DNA of 64,000 nt from Camelus dromedarius (GCF_036321535.1 NC_087436.1:6758001-6822000); one strand, 5' to 3'; positions 24,595 through 38,983 are shown, counted from the first letter of the stretch. Notes: generated by a model from the letters alone, not told the origin. Numbers and translations: made by a program.

Positions 24595-26860
24595 TTGAAC
24601 AAATAGTTTAAAGATCCCCAAGCACCCATTACCAACTTCATACACTAACAATTTCTAGCCAATCTTATTTAATCTTTCTCCTACTTACTAATCCTCCCCC
24701 TGTCAAGACATCAACTCTCAAAGATTTAAATACTCATTTCTTAACATAATCACACTACCATTATTTCTCCTAACATTTTAATAATGTCACCAAATATTCC
24801 ACATTCAAAATTCTGATTGTCTCATAAATGTTATTTTTTTAACAGCCTGTTTGTTAGAAACAGAATCCAAATAAGCTTCACACCTTGCAGTGGGTTACAC
24901 CTTCCAAGTTTCTTTTGATTCATAGGTTCTCTTCCATCTCTCTTTTTCCCTCCACCTCCCCATCTTCCTCCTCATCCTTCCCCTTCTGTTTGTTGAAGAA
25001 ACACATTTTGTTTCTATAAAAACCTTGTTTCCATTTGTCTTGTGACATTCACCACAGTATTTTTCTGACAGCAGCTCCACGTTGTCATTTAGCACATTCT
25101 GCCGTCTCCTTGATTCCTATGCACTGTTAGTTGGATGCAAAGGCTTGATCTAAGGCAGCTTGGGTCTGGGGGTAAGACCGCTGCATTAGTTTGCTAGGGA
25201 TGTATAATGCAGTACCACAGATGGGCGGCTGGGCAGTGGAAATGTACCGTCCCCCCACTGGAGAGGCTGGAAGCCCAATATCCAGGTGTCTTTTTGTTCT
25301 TAGATTTGTACTCAAATTACTGTGCTTTAAAACCCCTGGGGATATTTCCTCTCCGAGGGTTAAACCATCAGTGGGTATATATGTGGTGGGTTTTTTCTTT
25401 TTATATTTAACTTAATTTATTTTATAAGTAAGAATTAAGATACAAGCTACATATCTCATAGGTAAGACATGCACATGGTTTCAAAATCGAACCAAGTGTG
25501 GAACCAGTATCTCCTTCCTGTCTTTTCCTTATCACGCTGTGTGTCTAATCCAGAGAAAGGGTTGGGCTGGGTCGTGGTGGGTCCAGAGGAAGAGGTGATG
25601 CCTGAATCGTGTCTAAATGAACAGCTGCAAAGAGTCATTTAGACTCTGGGGGAAATGTCTTGAAGTCCTTAGTTCTGCTCAAGGAAGAAAACATTTGTTC
25701 TGCCACCCACCACATAGTTCTTTGAATTTTAATGAGTTAGCCTTTGGGCTGTGAGACAGAAAACAGCCTCAGCATTCTGTTTAAACACTGCCATCTTCGT
25801 GCTTTGCTGTAGAGGCTCAAAATGAAACGTTTTTGTCAAGTATGTGATAATGTGCTCCAGGGTGATTCTTCTGGACGTGTGAGGTTTCATCTCTAAAGTG
25901 ACAGCATCTTGGAATCTAAATATAGCCATTCTAGAAGTTGTCTCCTACCCATCCTCCAGGCTCAGGGAACCTCGTGGAGCCCCCCTGATCCCTCCCCAGA
26001 GTTTAGATTCCCTGATATCCGTTTCCATGGCACCCTCTAAAATAATCCTGTTGTAGCAGGCATGGCTGTTAGCTGTTACACTTGAAGTATCTAAACACAC
26101 CACCAAGCATGGTGCCAGGCACAAATGGGTCATCAATAACTATTAGTTGACCTGCTGTTTCTATCACTGCATCCTAAAACCCTCTTGGATAATTCTTTGG
26201 GTGTCTCTTTCCCCTAACTCTTTGATAAGCTTTCTGAGGGCAGAACTGTGTCTTATTTCCTTGGGGCTACACTTGTCCATCATTTGGATGGACTGAAGAA
26301 CAGAAACGATGCCATTAAAAGTGGAACTGGGGTGACAGAGGACACGCACAGAATCGTATTATGAGTCCATGTTGGAATATGATGAGCAGCGTCCTCACAA
26401 ACTCCCAGCTGTGGCTTCATGCTCCAGTCTGACCTCTGCACCCTCAGGCTGTAAAACATAATACGAACGTTTCCATATATTCTATTCCGTATCTTATTAT
26501 TTCACTTTCAAAGCGCTGAACTGTTTAGTCCATGTGGAATTTATGTCATTGTGTGTTCTGAGGCACAGATGTAATTTTACTTTTCCTAACAGGTTAGCCC
26601 GTTGCCCGATCTTCACCTTTTCTGATCCTCTCTCCAGCTCTTCTGTGAAAGAGATGGGCCCTTCCTGTGGGATGGCTGGATAATCTTGCTGATGAGAATA
26701 CGTGGTCTCACTCATAAAACAGCTATCTTTTCATGTATCTGTTCACCCCCTTCAACAGCGACCCTAAACCTTCCCTGTTTCCTAAGACCTGCTCCTGTCT
26801 CACTCCCAGTACTTTCATCTGTCCTCATAGGACAGAGCCTTGTATGACACTCTTCATGGA

Positions 26861-27472
26861 CCACTAAATTGCACACTTAAAACAACCCAAATGTCCATCA
26901 ACAGATGACTGGATAAAGAAGATACGGTACATATATACAATGGAATACTACTCAGCCATAAAAAAGAATAAAATAATGCCATTTGCAGCAACATGGATGG
27001 ACCTGAAGATTGTCATTCTAAGTGAAGTGGGCTGGAAAGAGAAAGAAAAATGCCATATGACATCATTTCTTTGAGGAATCTAAAAAATAATAACAACAAT
27101 AATAAGGCCACAAATGGACTAATTATTATTTTGGTTTCTCGAATATGTGTAAGCACATCTGACTGTGCTTTATGGTTGGATTACCACATTCTGTTGAGTC
27201 TTATTTTGTAGTTGGCTTTATTCCTTTGATAACTATGTAAGTTTAAAAAACTAAAGTTCTAATCTGTTCTTAGAAACAATGATCAGTACATATATGTAAA
27301 CTAAAAAAAAATGAGCAGTGTACTGTAGATATGTATTTACATGCAATACAATGTATATGTGCAGTCAAGCTATAATAATTCTACCTAATAAAACTGAAAA
27401 AGGGAAAAAAAAAGATTAAAATAGTGATTTTAACATTATGTATATTTAACCATCATTAAAAAAAAAAAAAAA
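26861..27472 (+). mobile_element. Old L1 terminus interrupted by a younger L1 (26879-27413) carrying an atypical 3' tail
   Basis: ccactaaattgcacacttaa|...|gattaaaatagtgattttaacattatgtatatttaaccat-poly(A) split by an L1 ORF2-end segment and an AT-rich tail ending AATAAA plus A-run. Confidence 0.8.
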
Positions 27473-29228
27473 CCACGCAAAAGAGACTTCCTGGAGAACA
27501 CCAAGGCCATCAAGTCTAAGCTCCTTCAACCCCCATCGCACACTGACAGACAAGCACATCCCCACCTGCGTAGACGAGGAAGTCCCGCCTCCTTCCTTCT
27601 GGCCTCTGGGAGTGAGGGAGCCTTTCTCCTCCTCCAGGGCGTCCACATTCACGTGTGCCCTCAGGCCCGCCGCTGCAGCCCCACTGACCCGAGAACATGG
27701 CTCCACAGCGGTTAGCCCTTCTCTGGGTGATGCTTCTTATACCCAAAAAAAGCCTCCACTGGCCCCTCATCTACCTCCAGTTACTATCCACATTTTCTTC
27801 CTTTCTTACCCCAAATTTTCAAAACAATGGCTTGTACTTGCAACTCTACCTCCCCTGCAATGCACACCCTGACCCACCTTATCTGGGTTTCCATCCCTCA
27901 TTCCCTCCCCATCCGTGTAAGCCTTTCTAGTCATTCTATTCTCACCCAGGTCTCTGATCACATGTGTCCACCCTCCTCATGGACACTGTTCGGTTCACAT
28001 CTCATTTAACCCCGGACATCCATCCACGCTCCTGGTTTTCCTGTTTCTGCACGTCTGCTTTCTCAGCTCTGCTCCTTCCCCAAACAGTCAGATCTGAATT
28101 CTCTTGCCCCCATTCCTGCAGATTACCACCATTCTCCTCTAACAGACTCTTGCCCGGCTCCCTGTCTCCACAATGCCCCCCCCCAACTCCTACCCTCTGC
28201 CCAAAACGTAAGCCTGACTTCATCTCTTTGGCTACTGCATACAAGGATGGGTGGGTAAAATTTAAATTCCTTCTTGGGGTCTTCATGCTCTAACAGTCAA
28301 AACTCAAGAGTGAGCTCTTCCCTGCCCGGCTCCCGACAGCTACTCTGGTTTCACCTGTTCCCAGAGCATCCACTACGCGGTGGGATCCTGCAGCCCTGAA
28401 ACATCCACTGCATCAGTCAACGCTATTCTGGTCTTCGGTCCTGATGTCTGCTCTTCTTGAAACACTCCTCCACTGCCTCCCTACCACCCTCTGTTCCCTA
28501 ACCTCACCTCTTCAGTCTCCTGTGCCTCTCCTCACCCCTGTGCTGGGCTGTGTGCGCAATACCCGGCGTGGCCGGCTGTATCACTGTCCTGTCTACATGT
28601 CTTTTCCCCACTACACTATGAAGTGCTTGATGGAAAAGACAGTGCTCCAAACGTATTTACTGGTTTACTGGCTCAATAAACGAGTGGCCCAATTAAAGGC
28701 CATAAACCAAAGTAGTCAGAAAACGGTATTTCCTCTTCTTTGAATATCAGTGGGACTATTTAACTTGGGATAAAATGAGTTTCAAGAGAAATGCACATGC
28801 TGAACAAGCACTTTCCTTCTGACAATTAATAATTAAAAAAAAAAGTGCTACAGGGACTCTTGGATTTTTTTCATAGCCCTTAACTATCCCATCTGAGCAG
28901 TGCACTTCTGTCCCAATCACTGTGCTCCATGACTGTCTGGGGACACGCCCCAGTCATGGAACTAATGATACCACTGATGGGAGGTGACGTGCCAGATGAT
29001 AAAGCCACCACCACTGAAAACTGAAGTCTTTCCAAACTCAAACTGTTTGAAATGGTTTGACTCCCATCAGGAAGATGGAAGGGAAAATATTTTTTAAAGA
29101 ATCACTGTTCTGAAAGCAGAAAGCAAATAATGTATCTCCAAACAGTCCAGTGCTCTTAGACAAAATGTGACAGAAGGGGAGAAAATTAGAATTAATCTAT
29201 TTTGAGGTGATAGTGTTCAAAAATGAAT

Positions 29229-29326
29229 GGGGGGGGTGGACGGGTGCTCGATGGTAGAGCATGTGCTTAGCACGCATGAGATTCTGGGTTCAATCCCCAG
29301 TACGTCCATTAAAAAATAAATAAATA
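29229..29326 (+). mobile_element. tRNA-derived camelid SINE (Vic-1 type)
   Basis: ggtagagcatgtgcttagcacgcatgagattctgggttcaatccccagtac plus A-rich tail; B-box-like GGTTCAATCC. Confidence 0.85.
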
Positions 29327-30416
29327 GCCTCAAGAAAGTGGCTAATCCTACGATCCCTTTGAGACTCTCTTAGAATGGGGAGGAAGCAACCCTCCTGTGT
29401 GCCACCTCCATGCTGGGAGCCTTACACACTCACACGTCATTCTCAAGACAACCCCATGAGACAGATGTAATAATCTCTCCCCCTTCTCCCTCAAAGCTGC
29501 GGTCCGAGAGCATGTTCACTTCACAAGATGGCGGAATTACGTCCAGCTCTGTCATCTGCACGGCCTTTCCTAGAAGTACGAGCAGGCTTAGAAGACAGAG
29601 TGTAGAGCAGAGCTGGTAATAAACAGTGCGCATGACGGGGGCCGGCTGACTATGATCTCTGCTGCTTCATCTCGTTATGTTGGTGGGTATGAGACAGGTG
29701 ATACCACTGACCTTTGTGAACCACCACTGTAGACGCTGGTAATAGAAGGATGTTTGAAATGACCACGCCCAGGGCATGTTTATGACTTTCCAAAACTGAA
29801 TAGATTACAGTGAAATAAACCACTCCGAACACCTCGAACACACCTTGTCCTTGTTTTGGGGGACTCTTTTTCAGGGCACAAACTCTCTTTGCCTGGGCCT
29901 AACGTTTGTGTTGGATTTGCAGGCCATGCTTGGATTTCAAGGTGAAAAACCCTTCTCTTGGCCCAGTAGCTGCTCTCTCAGTGACCCTGGTCTCCTGAAA
30001 CAGGCTCTCAGAGCTACGGCTCTGGTGTCTGGAATGCTGAGAAAGCCAGCGAACTGACAGTACCTCTTCCTTACACGCTTCAGATGTCAGTACCTCTTGG
30101 GAGTTCCACGGAGGGTGACTCGCAGTACAGTGTCCCATTCTGAAGTTAACTGAGTTTACCCAACCTGGAGGACACCAAGGGATCGCCCAGGAAGTTTTCT
30201 TCTTGAGAATAATAGCCCTGTCTCTTCTTGAGCTCACTTTCCTTTCAAAAACAGCCGTATCTCATCCTTTTGCTGTAAGTGCTTCATCCCGAGATGAGCA
30301 ACACTCGCTCCATCAACAAGAAGTATTTACATGCATCCTGCATCTCTCCCTCATGGCACCTCCTGCAATTAAGTTATCAGTCGTACATCAGGCTGTTTCT
30401 GTCCTGTTTCTCCTGA

Positions 30417-31099
30417 TGAAACAGAGCAGGACCCTGTGGGGCCGTCCCAGACAGACCCCCACCCCCCACCCACCAATGTCCTCCACCTGCCTCTTGTCTG
30501 TACAAAAACTTTAGTCAAAGAGTAAGTTGAATCAGAGAAATAAGAAAATACAGAAACAAAGGGAAATAGTCAAGCCAAACAAAATAATAATAGTTTAGTC
30601 ATTAAACAAAGTCAAGGACTTCTAGCTCCTCTGCAAGGGCTCTGGATAATATTCTGAGCCATGTCCTTGGAGCTGTTTTGCAGATGCTAAGACCCCCACC
30701 AGCTGGAAGAAGTTAACTACATGATCACCAGACTGGAGCCATGACAGAAGCTGCCACAGTTCCAAGAACTGGCCTCAAGGAAATGGGAACTAACAGACCC
30801 TGGAACTGAAGATTCGCTGCACTTAAAACAATCAAGATGACACTGATCAAACCCCCGCATGCCCGCCAAAGCTGACTGTGCTGTTGTGCACGCAGCCCCC
30901 TCCCTCCCCCTACACACCTGAAACTCCCCTTGAAAAGCTCTTCCCCCCGATTGGCAGTGGGGTGGTGGCCTCTGGACATGAGTCCACCCTCTTCCAAGGT
31001 GACCAGACTCTGGAATAAAGCAACCTTTCTTTTCTGCCAACACTTGCCTCTTGAATATTGGCTTTTGAGCAGCAAGGAGCTCGACCTGAGTCTATAACA
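30417..31099 (+). mobile_element. ERV1-class solo LTR (683 bp) inserted in an L2 fragment
   Basis: TGAAAC...TAACA termini; perfect 4-bp TSD ctga (30413-30416, 31100-31103); internal AATAAA near 31014; L2 end tgaatgaataaatg follows near 31200. Confidence 0.9.
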
Positions 31100-32149
31100 C
31101 TGATAGGATATAAGGAAGGTACGAGGGACGTCTGTCTTGCTCACTCCTGATCCCAGGCCTAGCATGGTGCCGGGCACAGAGTTGGGGATTGGATGTTCAT
31201 TGAATGAATAAATGGTCCTCCACTATCCATGTGGCTCTGCAGTGTGACAAGTGCAGGAGCTGTGCGCTGACCCCACTGCACCTGAGCTTCCTGAGAACCT
31301 CCCCCCTCCCCTCCCCGCTGGAGAGGAGGCTGCGGGGAGGAGTTTAGGTAACAAGCCAAAGGCAGGAAAGGTGCTGATCTCAAACATCACAGCACTTTGC
31401 CCCTAAATGCTTATAGGAATCCCTCCAGGGTGCCAGGCGCTGACAGCCTTAAAAATAGAAAGTTGTCAAGATTTATGGATGTTTTGACAAAAACATCTCC
31501 AGGAAGAAAGCATGCTTTATGTACGAACATATTTTTAAATTGTGGCTGTCATTAAGCCTGTGCTAGTTTAAGAGCTGGCGTTGGCAGTATTTCATCATGA
31601 AATAAACCCAGCAATTTTCTACACACCCCAACCAACACCAGACATAGGCACACCTCCCACCTTTCTGAGGAAACAGAGAGCCCTGTTTATTCAGGTCGGT
31701 GCACATTTCTTCAGTACTGAGAGTCCTCATTTTAGAAATTTTTTTCAGCTTAGGAGCCCTAACTACTAAAACTCTGGTTGATCGTTGCTGTTCCTCTCAT
31801 TTTAGTTAGAATTAACTCATTTTTATCAAAATAAAATACTTGTCCATTGCACATAATGTGGTGGTAATCTTTCCCCATTTTAATGCAACCAGGTAGGTAC
31901 ATTATACATACAAATACATAATACATATAATAGGACTAAAATGCTTATAATAATAATAATACTTCCCTCTTCTCCACACTCCCTGTCCCAACATTCTCTT
32001 CTACAAAAGCAGACACTTTGTAGCCCATTTGCTTCTTCTGGAATTTAACCCAGGATCTGTATACAGTCAGGGCTCCCAGGGGAGCCCCCCGCTAGACCTG
32101 CTCCTCCTCTGGGTCCCCCCACCCCACAGCCACATTCCTGGGCCTCCCC

Positions 32150-32810
32150 TTTAATATCTTGGGCATGCCCTTTGCTCAAGACCTTTGTTGAGTCTCTTAT
32201 TTCTTGAATCATATTCCTTTCTCTGCCCTGGATTTTCCCCTATTGTCTTGCTAGATAGTATTCTCCAGTTGCTTCTGGGGGAGAAAAGGCACTCTTTTGA
32301 GTACGTACTTGCATGAAAATGTCTCCCTTCTATCTTCGCACTTGATAGTTGGTCTGGGTGTCGAATTCCAGGTTGCAAGTCTTTTCACTTTCCATCAAGC
32401 ATAGAGGTCATTGCCCCAGTGTCTTCTAGAGCCTGGTATCACTGTCAAGAAGTGTGATGCCTCATGGATTCCAGGTCCTCTGTGTGTATCCTGGCTTCCC
32501 TCTGGGAAACTGTCTTTTCGTCTCAGCACAATGAAGTTTCACAGGGACACGGCTTGATGCACTTGCTTTTGTGGGTGTTGTTTGGCTTTGGCACAGCCTT
32601 TCAACAGCCTTTCAGTCTGGACATTCGTATTCCCTTCTGAGACATTGTCTTAAACTATTGATTTTCTTTCTTCTGTTTTCTCTGTTCTCTTTTTAGGCCT
32701 CTTGTTAGTCAGATATTAGGCTGGCTTCATTTTAATCGATTTCTTGTTTTCATATCTTTCCCTATCTTCTGTCGCTTGGACTTTTTCTTCTACTTTTGAG
32801 AGATTAACTC
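32150..32810 (-). mobile_element. Ancient L1M/HAL1-like fragment
   Basis: T-rich; gaaaatgtctcccttct...ttggtctgggtgtcgaattccaggttg resembles antisense old L1 ORF1 region. Confidence 0.5.
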
Positions 32811-33069
32811 AGCTATAGAGTACGAAATTTCTCTCCTATACTGAATCTCAATACTGATTGTTTTTAGCTAACAGTATAATAGGAATTTTAGAAGATGCAT
32901 TTTGCTTCATTATTTCAATATACTTTATTTATTTAACTAATACATAATGTTGATTAACAGAGGGATCTGATTTTTTTTCAGGATATTTTCAGTTTAATGT
33001 GTTGTCCAAGTAGATTAGCTTCTTGTTTCATTCTCCAAAGTGTCCTATTTGGGGGGATAAAATATATGG

Positions 33070-33250
33070 TCACACTATATACTGAGTGCTTAAGTGCTGT
33101 GTCTGTAACAACACATCTGTGGAGCAGACTCTGTTAAAACCATTTTACAGATTGGGAACCTGAGGCATCAATAGTTTAAATAACTCGCCCAGCTGCCAGG
33201 TGGTAGAGCTGGGACTTGAACTCAGGAAGTTTGTCTTTTCTTAATCACCG
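33070..33250. mobile_element. MIR
   Basis: cattttacagattgggaacctgaggc...ggtagagctgggacttgaactcagg. Confidence 0.75.
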
Positions 33251-35184
33251 CAGATCCTGCTTCATCACTGCTTACCATCCTATTTGGGGGCTATTAGGTT
33301 ATTACTGCCTTTGCATTACTGCAAACACTGCTGGACTCCCTTCTACTACATTTTGTGTAGCTCCTTCGCTATTTCCTGGAGGAGGATAAATCCCTGGTAA
33401 AACCCACTTTCTTGATTCTCAGTTCAGCATTCTTTCAGCTATGCTGTGCTGTGCACGTCTTGAGGATGGACACTGACTAAGAAATCCCATGATTATGAGA
33501 AGGTAGACAAGGAGGAAGCCGACTGGGAGAGCCAGCACTTGGAGAAGAGCTGTGACCCTCAAGTCAATGAAAAGGCAGTGGGGGTTGTAGTTAATTCTGA
33601 TTTTTTTTTTTAAAGCTCATGCTACTCTTTTCTTCATGGTCAACACCTAGGTTGGATGCCTCTGCCTTAGAATTTGCAGCCTCCTTGACACCCACCGATC
33701 CCCAACCCCTGCCATCTCCCGACAATGGCTGTCCACAGGAACTTGAACCGTTCCTTAAGACATTCCTAAGACAAATTTATACATTGGCAAATAAGTGGAT
33801 CCAGTTGGCAAAGAGACAGCTTCGTAGTGACACCAGGGCAGAGTCACATCAGCAGCTCCTTTCTGGAAAGAGGTTTATCTGTGAACAATTCTCCTGATTT
33901 TATAATCTCAACAAGACTTTCATTTGCATGGATAACAACTTTACCCAGATAGGCAGCCAGAGACTTCCCTAAAATGCTCCTCTGAGCCCAGCTTAAATTT
34001 CATCTCTCTCAGGAAGTCTTCACAACCTGAGCTCCTCCAGCTTTTCCGGCCTCAGCTATGCCAATCTGCCATTCTGAGTGCAAGAAGAACTGGGATTAGT
34101 TTTTTATACCCGATTCAGCAAATGTGTCTTGAGCACTCATATGTGCCAAGCCTGCGTTAATGTAAGGAAAAGAAAAGAAAAGAAAGCCAGGTACTTCCAC
34201 GCCTCACAATTTTTAGTAACAGATCTCGCTTACTTCTTACAACAAAACGAAAAGCCCCACCCACTCGCTATATGCAGTGCATTCTCTTATAACTGGACTA
34301 TAAAGTCTTCCCCCATTTCCTGTCTGTACATTTCCTTCTTCTTACTGAAATTAGAAATACTGTTTGTATGTGTTGGAAAACACCTAACTGCCAATAGAAG
34401 AGACGCAGATGAAAACAAATTAATCATCAGGTCACATGTCTAGAGAAACTTAAGTATGTAAAACAAGAAAACACTTCCTTCAATTCAGAAGAAAAAAATA
34501 GAGTTAACCCACACCCAGTTACTGCAATCCTTCTCCATTCATACATATTGTTTTGAAATCTTCTGTTGACATAGATCTGCCCTGAGAGTCTGTGAGCTAC
34601 TTGAGAACAAGGACCTTGCTTATTAATTTTCAAATTCTGAGCACTTGCCACACAGTAGGTCTTTATTTCCAATTTGTTGAAGCACATCTTCACCGGTCTT
34701 TAAGATGCAATACATTGTGTAACACACTGGAGGAGAAATAGGGGCTCTGCATTTGTAAACAACTATTATAAAACACATCCTGATTTCAAGAATGTTCAAT
34801 TTTTAAAGTATGCCCCAATGGAGGAAATCCTGTCATTGTCCCCGACTGGCTTCTGGTCTCAAAAACAGAGTGGACTCTTCTATGACGTCAGCAGACAAAA
34901 ATTCTTCAGTGCTGGTTGTATCGACTCAGATCATCCTAGTCTTCCTCCAGTGCTTTTTCTGAGACCACTGATAACTTCCAAATATTTGTCCATCATTGTT
35001 TTCTTGGATTTCCATTTCCTTGTGCTGAACCCCTCTCTTTGAAGTTCCTTACTGGCTTTTACAGACTTCTATTGTCTTAAGGGACTTACCTTGGGGGCTC
35101 TTTCCTCCTTCTGTGGCCCTCACTCCCCTTGTCCTCAATGTGGGCTCCCCCAAGGCTTATCCCCTTCCTCGCCCAGTCTCCACT

Positions 35185-35275
35185 AGTGGTTCTCAACTCG
35201 GCTGAGCATCAGAATCACTCGGAGAGCCCTCAGAAAGGTCCACGCCCAGATCCCAACCCAGAGCAGTGGAATCAG
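35185..35275. mobile_element. MER5A-like DNA transposon fragment
   Basis: agtggttctcaactcggctgagcatcagaatcactcggagagc. Confidence 0.7.
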
Positions 35276-37058
35276 TCAACTTGGACTGAGATATTAGCTC
35301 TGTGACTGTGGTTCATGGAACTTAGCCTCTGAAGTTCAATTTTCTCACCTGCAAAATTAAGACAACGCTAAAATCTGCTTCACCCGATAGCTGAATGCAA
35401 TCTTACTCCCCAATGTTATAGCAAACATCGTCTCTTCTTCTGGCTTATTTACTTCCTTGAAAGCTCAACTCAAATCCTTTCTCCTTCTCACACCTCTCCA
35501 CAATCACAGTTTATTTTGGATCGTTTACAAGGCACACTGAAAACTCAAGAGGGACCTGTTAAAAATGAAATCGTCTCCCAGCTGAGTTTCCTACAGCTAT
35601 TCCAACCACCTTTCAATTTTTCCTCCACACAGCACTCCCACATTCCAGAGCCATCTTTGGGGAAAAAAAAAAAAAAAAAAAGGATTGCTTCCTATTTTAA
35701 ATCCTCCAATGAATTCTCTCTGTTCTTAGGTAAAAACCCACATTTTCTAATGTGGCCACAATATTCTACAAAATCTGACCCTCATCTTGCTCACCTCCCA
35801 TTGCTTTCCACAGTCCAGCCACCCTGGTCCTAACTAGATACATTCTTCCCCTGCTCTGGCCCCTTCTCACGCTGTTCCCTCTGCCTGGAACAATGTTATA
35901 CTCACATTTTTGAAGTCAACTTAATAATTGAACACTTCTCTGACCCTCAGTCCAGGTCGATGCCCCTGGTAAAACCTTTTCTCTCCATCCCGTAAATAAC
36001 CTTTGTAATGAAATGTTTTATCATGAACTGGATGGAATAGGGCAAGATATTAACTTCTCAATATACCCCTGTGTTGTTTGATTTGTTGCTGTAAACATGA
36101 ATTATATTTCTCATTTTAAGAAGTTATTTAAAAGCATGAAAAACAGTATAATTACAGTTGTTTGATATCTGTCTCCTTCCCTAGAATACAAATTCCAAGA
36201 AGGACATATACTGACCTTGTCTTGTTCTGCACTGTGGCTGCAGAATCTAGCAGTGCTGTGAACACAGGAGGCACTACATTTATTGAGTGAATGCAGTTGA
36301 CAGAGGAGGACAGAAAGTGAAAACGGTCTGAGAAGCTAAGTACGAATCTTGCCCAGGAAGGAGATGGCCCTCAGTCCAGCAGGTGGGGCACCCCTGGGCC
36401 TGTCAGGGTCAGCATCCTCCTTAAGAGCGTCTTTCCAGCCAAGAGTGGGGCAGGAAGGCTTTTAAGCAGCGGTTGTGCTTAGAGTCTCAAGAGTGGGCAG
36501 CATTCAGGTTACTGGCATCCGACTGGTTAGAAATAGGACCCAAGTCAGAGGTTACAAGCACATCTGGGGGCTGTCACTATATTTAATTTTTTTTTAACTT
36601 TTCTAGTTATAATTTTCTAATCATGGTTGCCTTCATTAGGAATTTAGCACTCAACATATACAGATTGGTTTTGTAATTTTTATACATATATCTATAATTT
36701 TCCAATGGAATTCACAATTCTCTAAGTACCGGGTCTTTCTCATAAACATTTTGCAGCCTCATAACTTAGTACAATCCACATCATAGCCTGTAGAAACAAA
36801 TGCAGCCAGTAGTCTTTCCTCTAAGGAAAATGCTCAGAGCTTCAATATATCTCAGGTTCTTTTTCACAAGTTTTTTAATGTGTGAATAACTGGAGATTTT
36901 CACACTCATGTCGTGTTTGTCGACATTGCTTTGATTTTCAATGGCATTTATTTATTTACTCATTCATTCACTCACTTATTTATTTTTTGCTTAGAACTAT
37001 TCGATGGTGCATTTGGAAATAGATACTGGCAATGTTATTTGAACAAAAGAAATGGAAT

Positions 37059-37060
37059 AT

Positions 37061-37097
<37 letters not shown>
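37059..37097. repeat. (TTTA)n microsatellite
   Basis: About nine attt units directly visible. Confidence 0.9.
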
Positions 37098-37100
<3 letters not shown>

Positions 37101-37188
37101 AATGTAATATTTAAATGAGACCATATGCTGTGTATGCAACAATTGTAACTATTTCTCCATGGCTTTAAACATAAGATATGTTTCCTAG

Positions 37189-37320
37189 TGGGGAGGGTAT
37201 AGCTCACTAGTATAGTGTGTACTTAGCATGCATGAGGTCCTGGGTTCAATCCCCAGTACCTCCATTTAAAAATAAATAAATAAACCTAATTACTTCCCCA
37301 CCCCACACACACAACAAAAA
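37189..37320 (+). mobile_element. tRNA-derived camelid SINE
   Basis: ggggagggtatagctca...gcatgcatgaggtcctgggttcaatccccagtacctcc...aaataaacctaattac. Confidence 0.92.
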
Positions 37321-37343
37321 TATATATGCTTTATAAATTATAG

Positions 37344-37809
37344 TGAGACAAGCTGAGACCTGGGACATGGGGCCCTGGGCTGCCATACTTGCACCTGGAC
37401 AAATGCCTCCCAGAGCAACAGAACACAAAGAAACTGCAAGGGACTAAAAATAAAACTATGTGCATGTGCAGTTGAGGCAAATTATAAACAATAAGATACA
37501 AAAAGGCCAAAATCCAATGGCCACTTCTGAGGTTCAGGGATCAAAGGAAGGGACCTGTGCGTGATCCCTGTGCACAGACCACCAAGGGGGTGGGCAGACT
37601 ACCCGAGCCACCCTTCCAGCCCCACCCCTGGACCCACCCCTAACCTCATCCCATTTAAGGGACAAGCTTGTCCCCCTTTGGGGAGTGAGCAAGATGTTTT
37701 CACTCCCTTGTGCTGCAGCATGAGTCCCAGTAAAGTCTTGCCTGAATTTCTCATCTGGTGTCTTATCAATTTCTATTGATTACAGCGTCCAAGTAGCCAG
37801 GTCAGTAAA
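37344..37809 (+). mobile_element. ERV1-class solo LTR (~466 bp)
   Basis: Starts TGAGACA, ends gtcagtaaa (degenerate -TAACA); 4-bp TSD atag at 37340-37343 and 37810-37813; agtaaa poly(A)-like signal. Confidence 0.75.
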
Positions 37810-38983
37810 ATAGGAGTGCGATGAGATATTTTGCTGTCCGGGGATTATAATGTAGTAGCACTCAGATGTTCAGACAAGGTTTTGACCAACAAAGTAATGA
37901 TGTGTATGGATGAGGTCTATAACTAGAAATTAGATACGGAAGTCTCATATCTGAGACTGATGGCTGAGCTGCACAATAATTAGGAGGATGGTATTATTTT
38001 AGAGCAAAGATATTTTCAACATAACAAGGAGGCAAAATATAACCCAGACCACAACACACCATTAGAACGGCTAAAATCCAAAACATTGATAATATCAAAT
38101 GCAGAAGAGGTTTTGGAGCTATAGGCATTCTCATTTGGTGCTGGTGGAAATGCACATATGATATAGCCACTTTGGAAGACAGTTCAGCAGTTTCTTACAA
38201 AGCTTACCGTATGCTTACAGAACCATATGATCTAGGCTTTTGACTTGGGGTTGAAGGTCTTGTCTCTTTTTGGTGTAGTTTATGTTGCTGTGGTACAGCA
38301 GACACAGACTAAGACCTATCAATTTTGCACATGCTAATAGCAGGAATCTTCAAAGATAAAAAAAAAAAAAATGAGGCAAAACAGACTCCAGAAACCCTCA
38401 CCTCCAAAAATCTAAGGTTGACAAAGACATTATTGAATCCACAGTCTTGTAAGAGCAATGCTGATCAATTCCTTCCCTCTATAGAAATCAGAATACCCCT
38501 AATTTAACATCCCTTGTGCTAGACATGTTTAATTTAGGTTACCAGCTGCCTTAAGAGAGCGTGAATCCAAGCCACTGTGTGACTGCAGCAGGATTACACT
38601 TATTGCCTATCATGGTGGTTTCTAACAGCATGAAATGGGAGGGTTTTTTTTACCCCCCAAACTATATTCTTGTTCACCCACAAAAAGAATTATTTATATA
38701 GTTAAAGCTACCCAAATTGTCCAGTTGCCGGTCTTAACAAGCTGGTTCCCTTTTCCTCCACTGTCCTCACTCTAACCAAGTTTGCTCTGCCTCGTTCCTC
38801 CCCTTCAGTAAAACCTAGTACAGAGTGAACATTTCATAACTGTTCATTGGGAATAAAAATTCATAATCTTGCAAAAAAAACTACAGGACATAAAAAGCTT
38901 TTTTTCAATGAACCCTGTTACTAATTTAAGAAGGAAACACATTAATTCATTAGCTAATTTTAAATGTATTAGGATGTGCTTAC

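Noticed and set aside
28926..28960. 10-bp inverted repeat tccatgactg/cagtcatgga
   Set aside because: Too short for a pre-miRNA and plausible by chance in 64 kb
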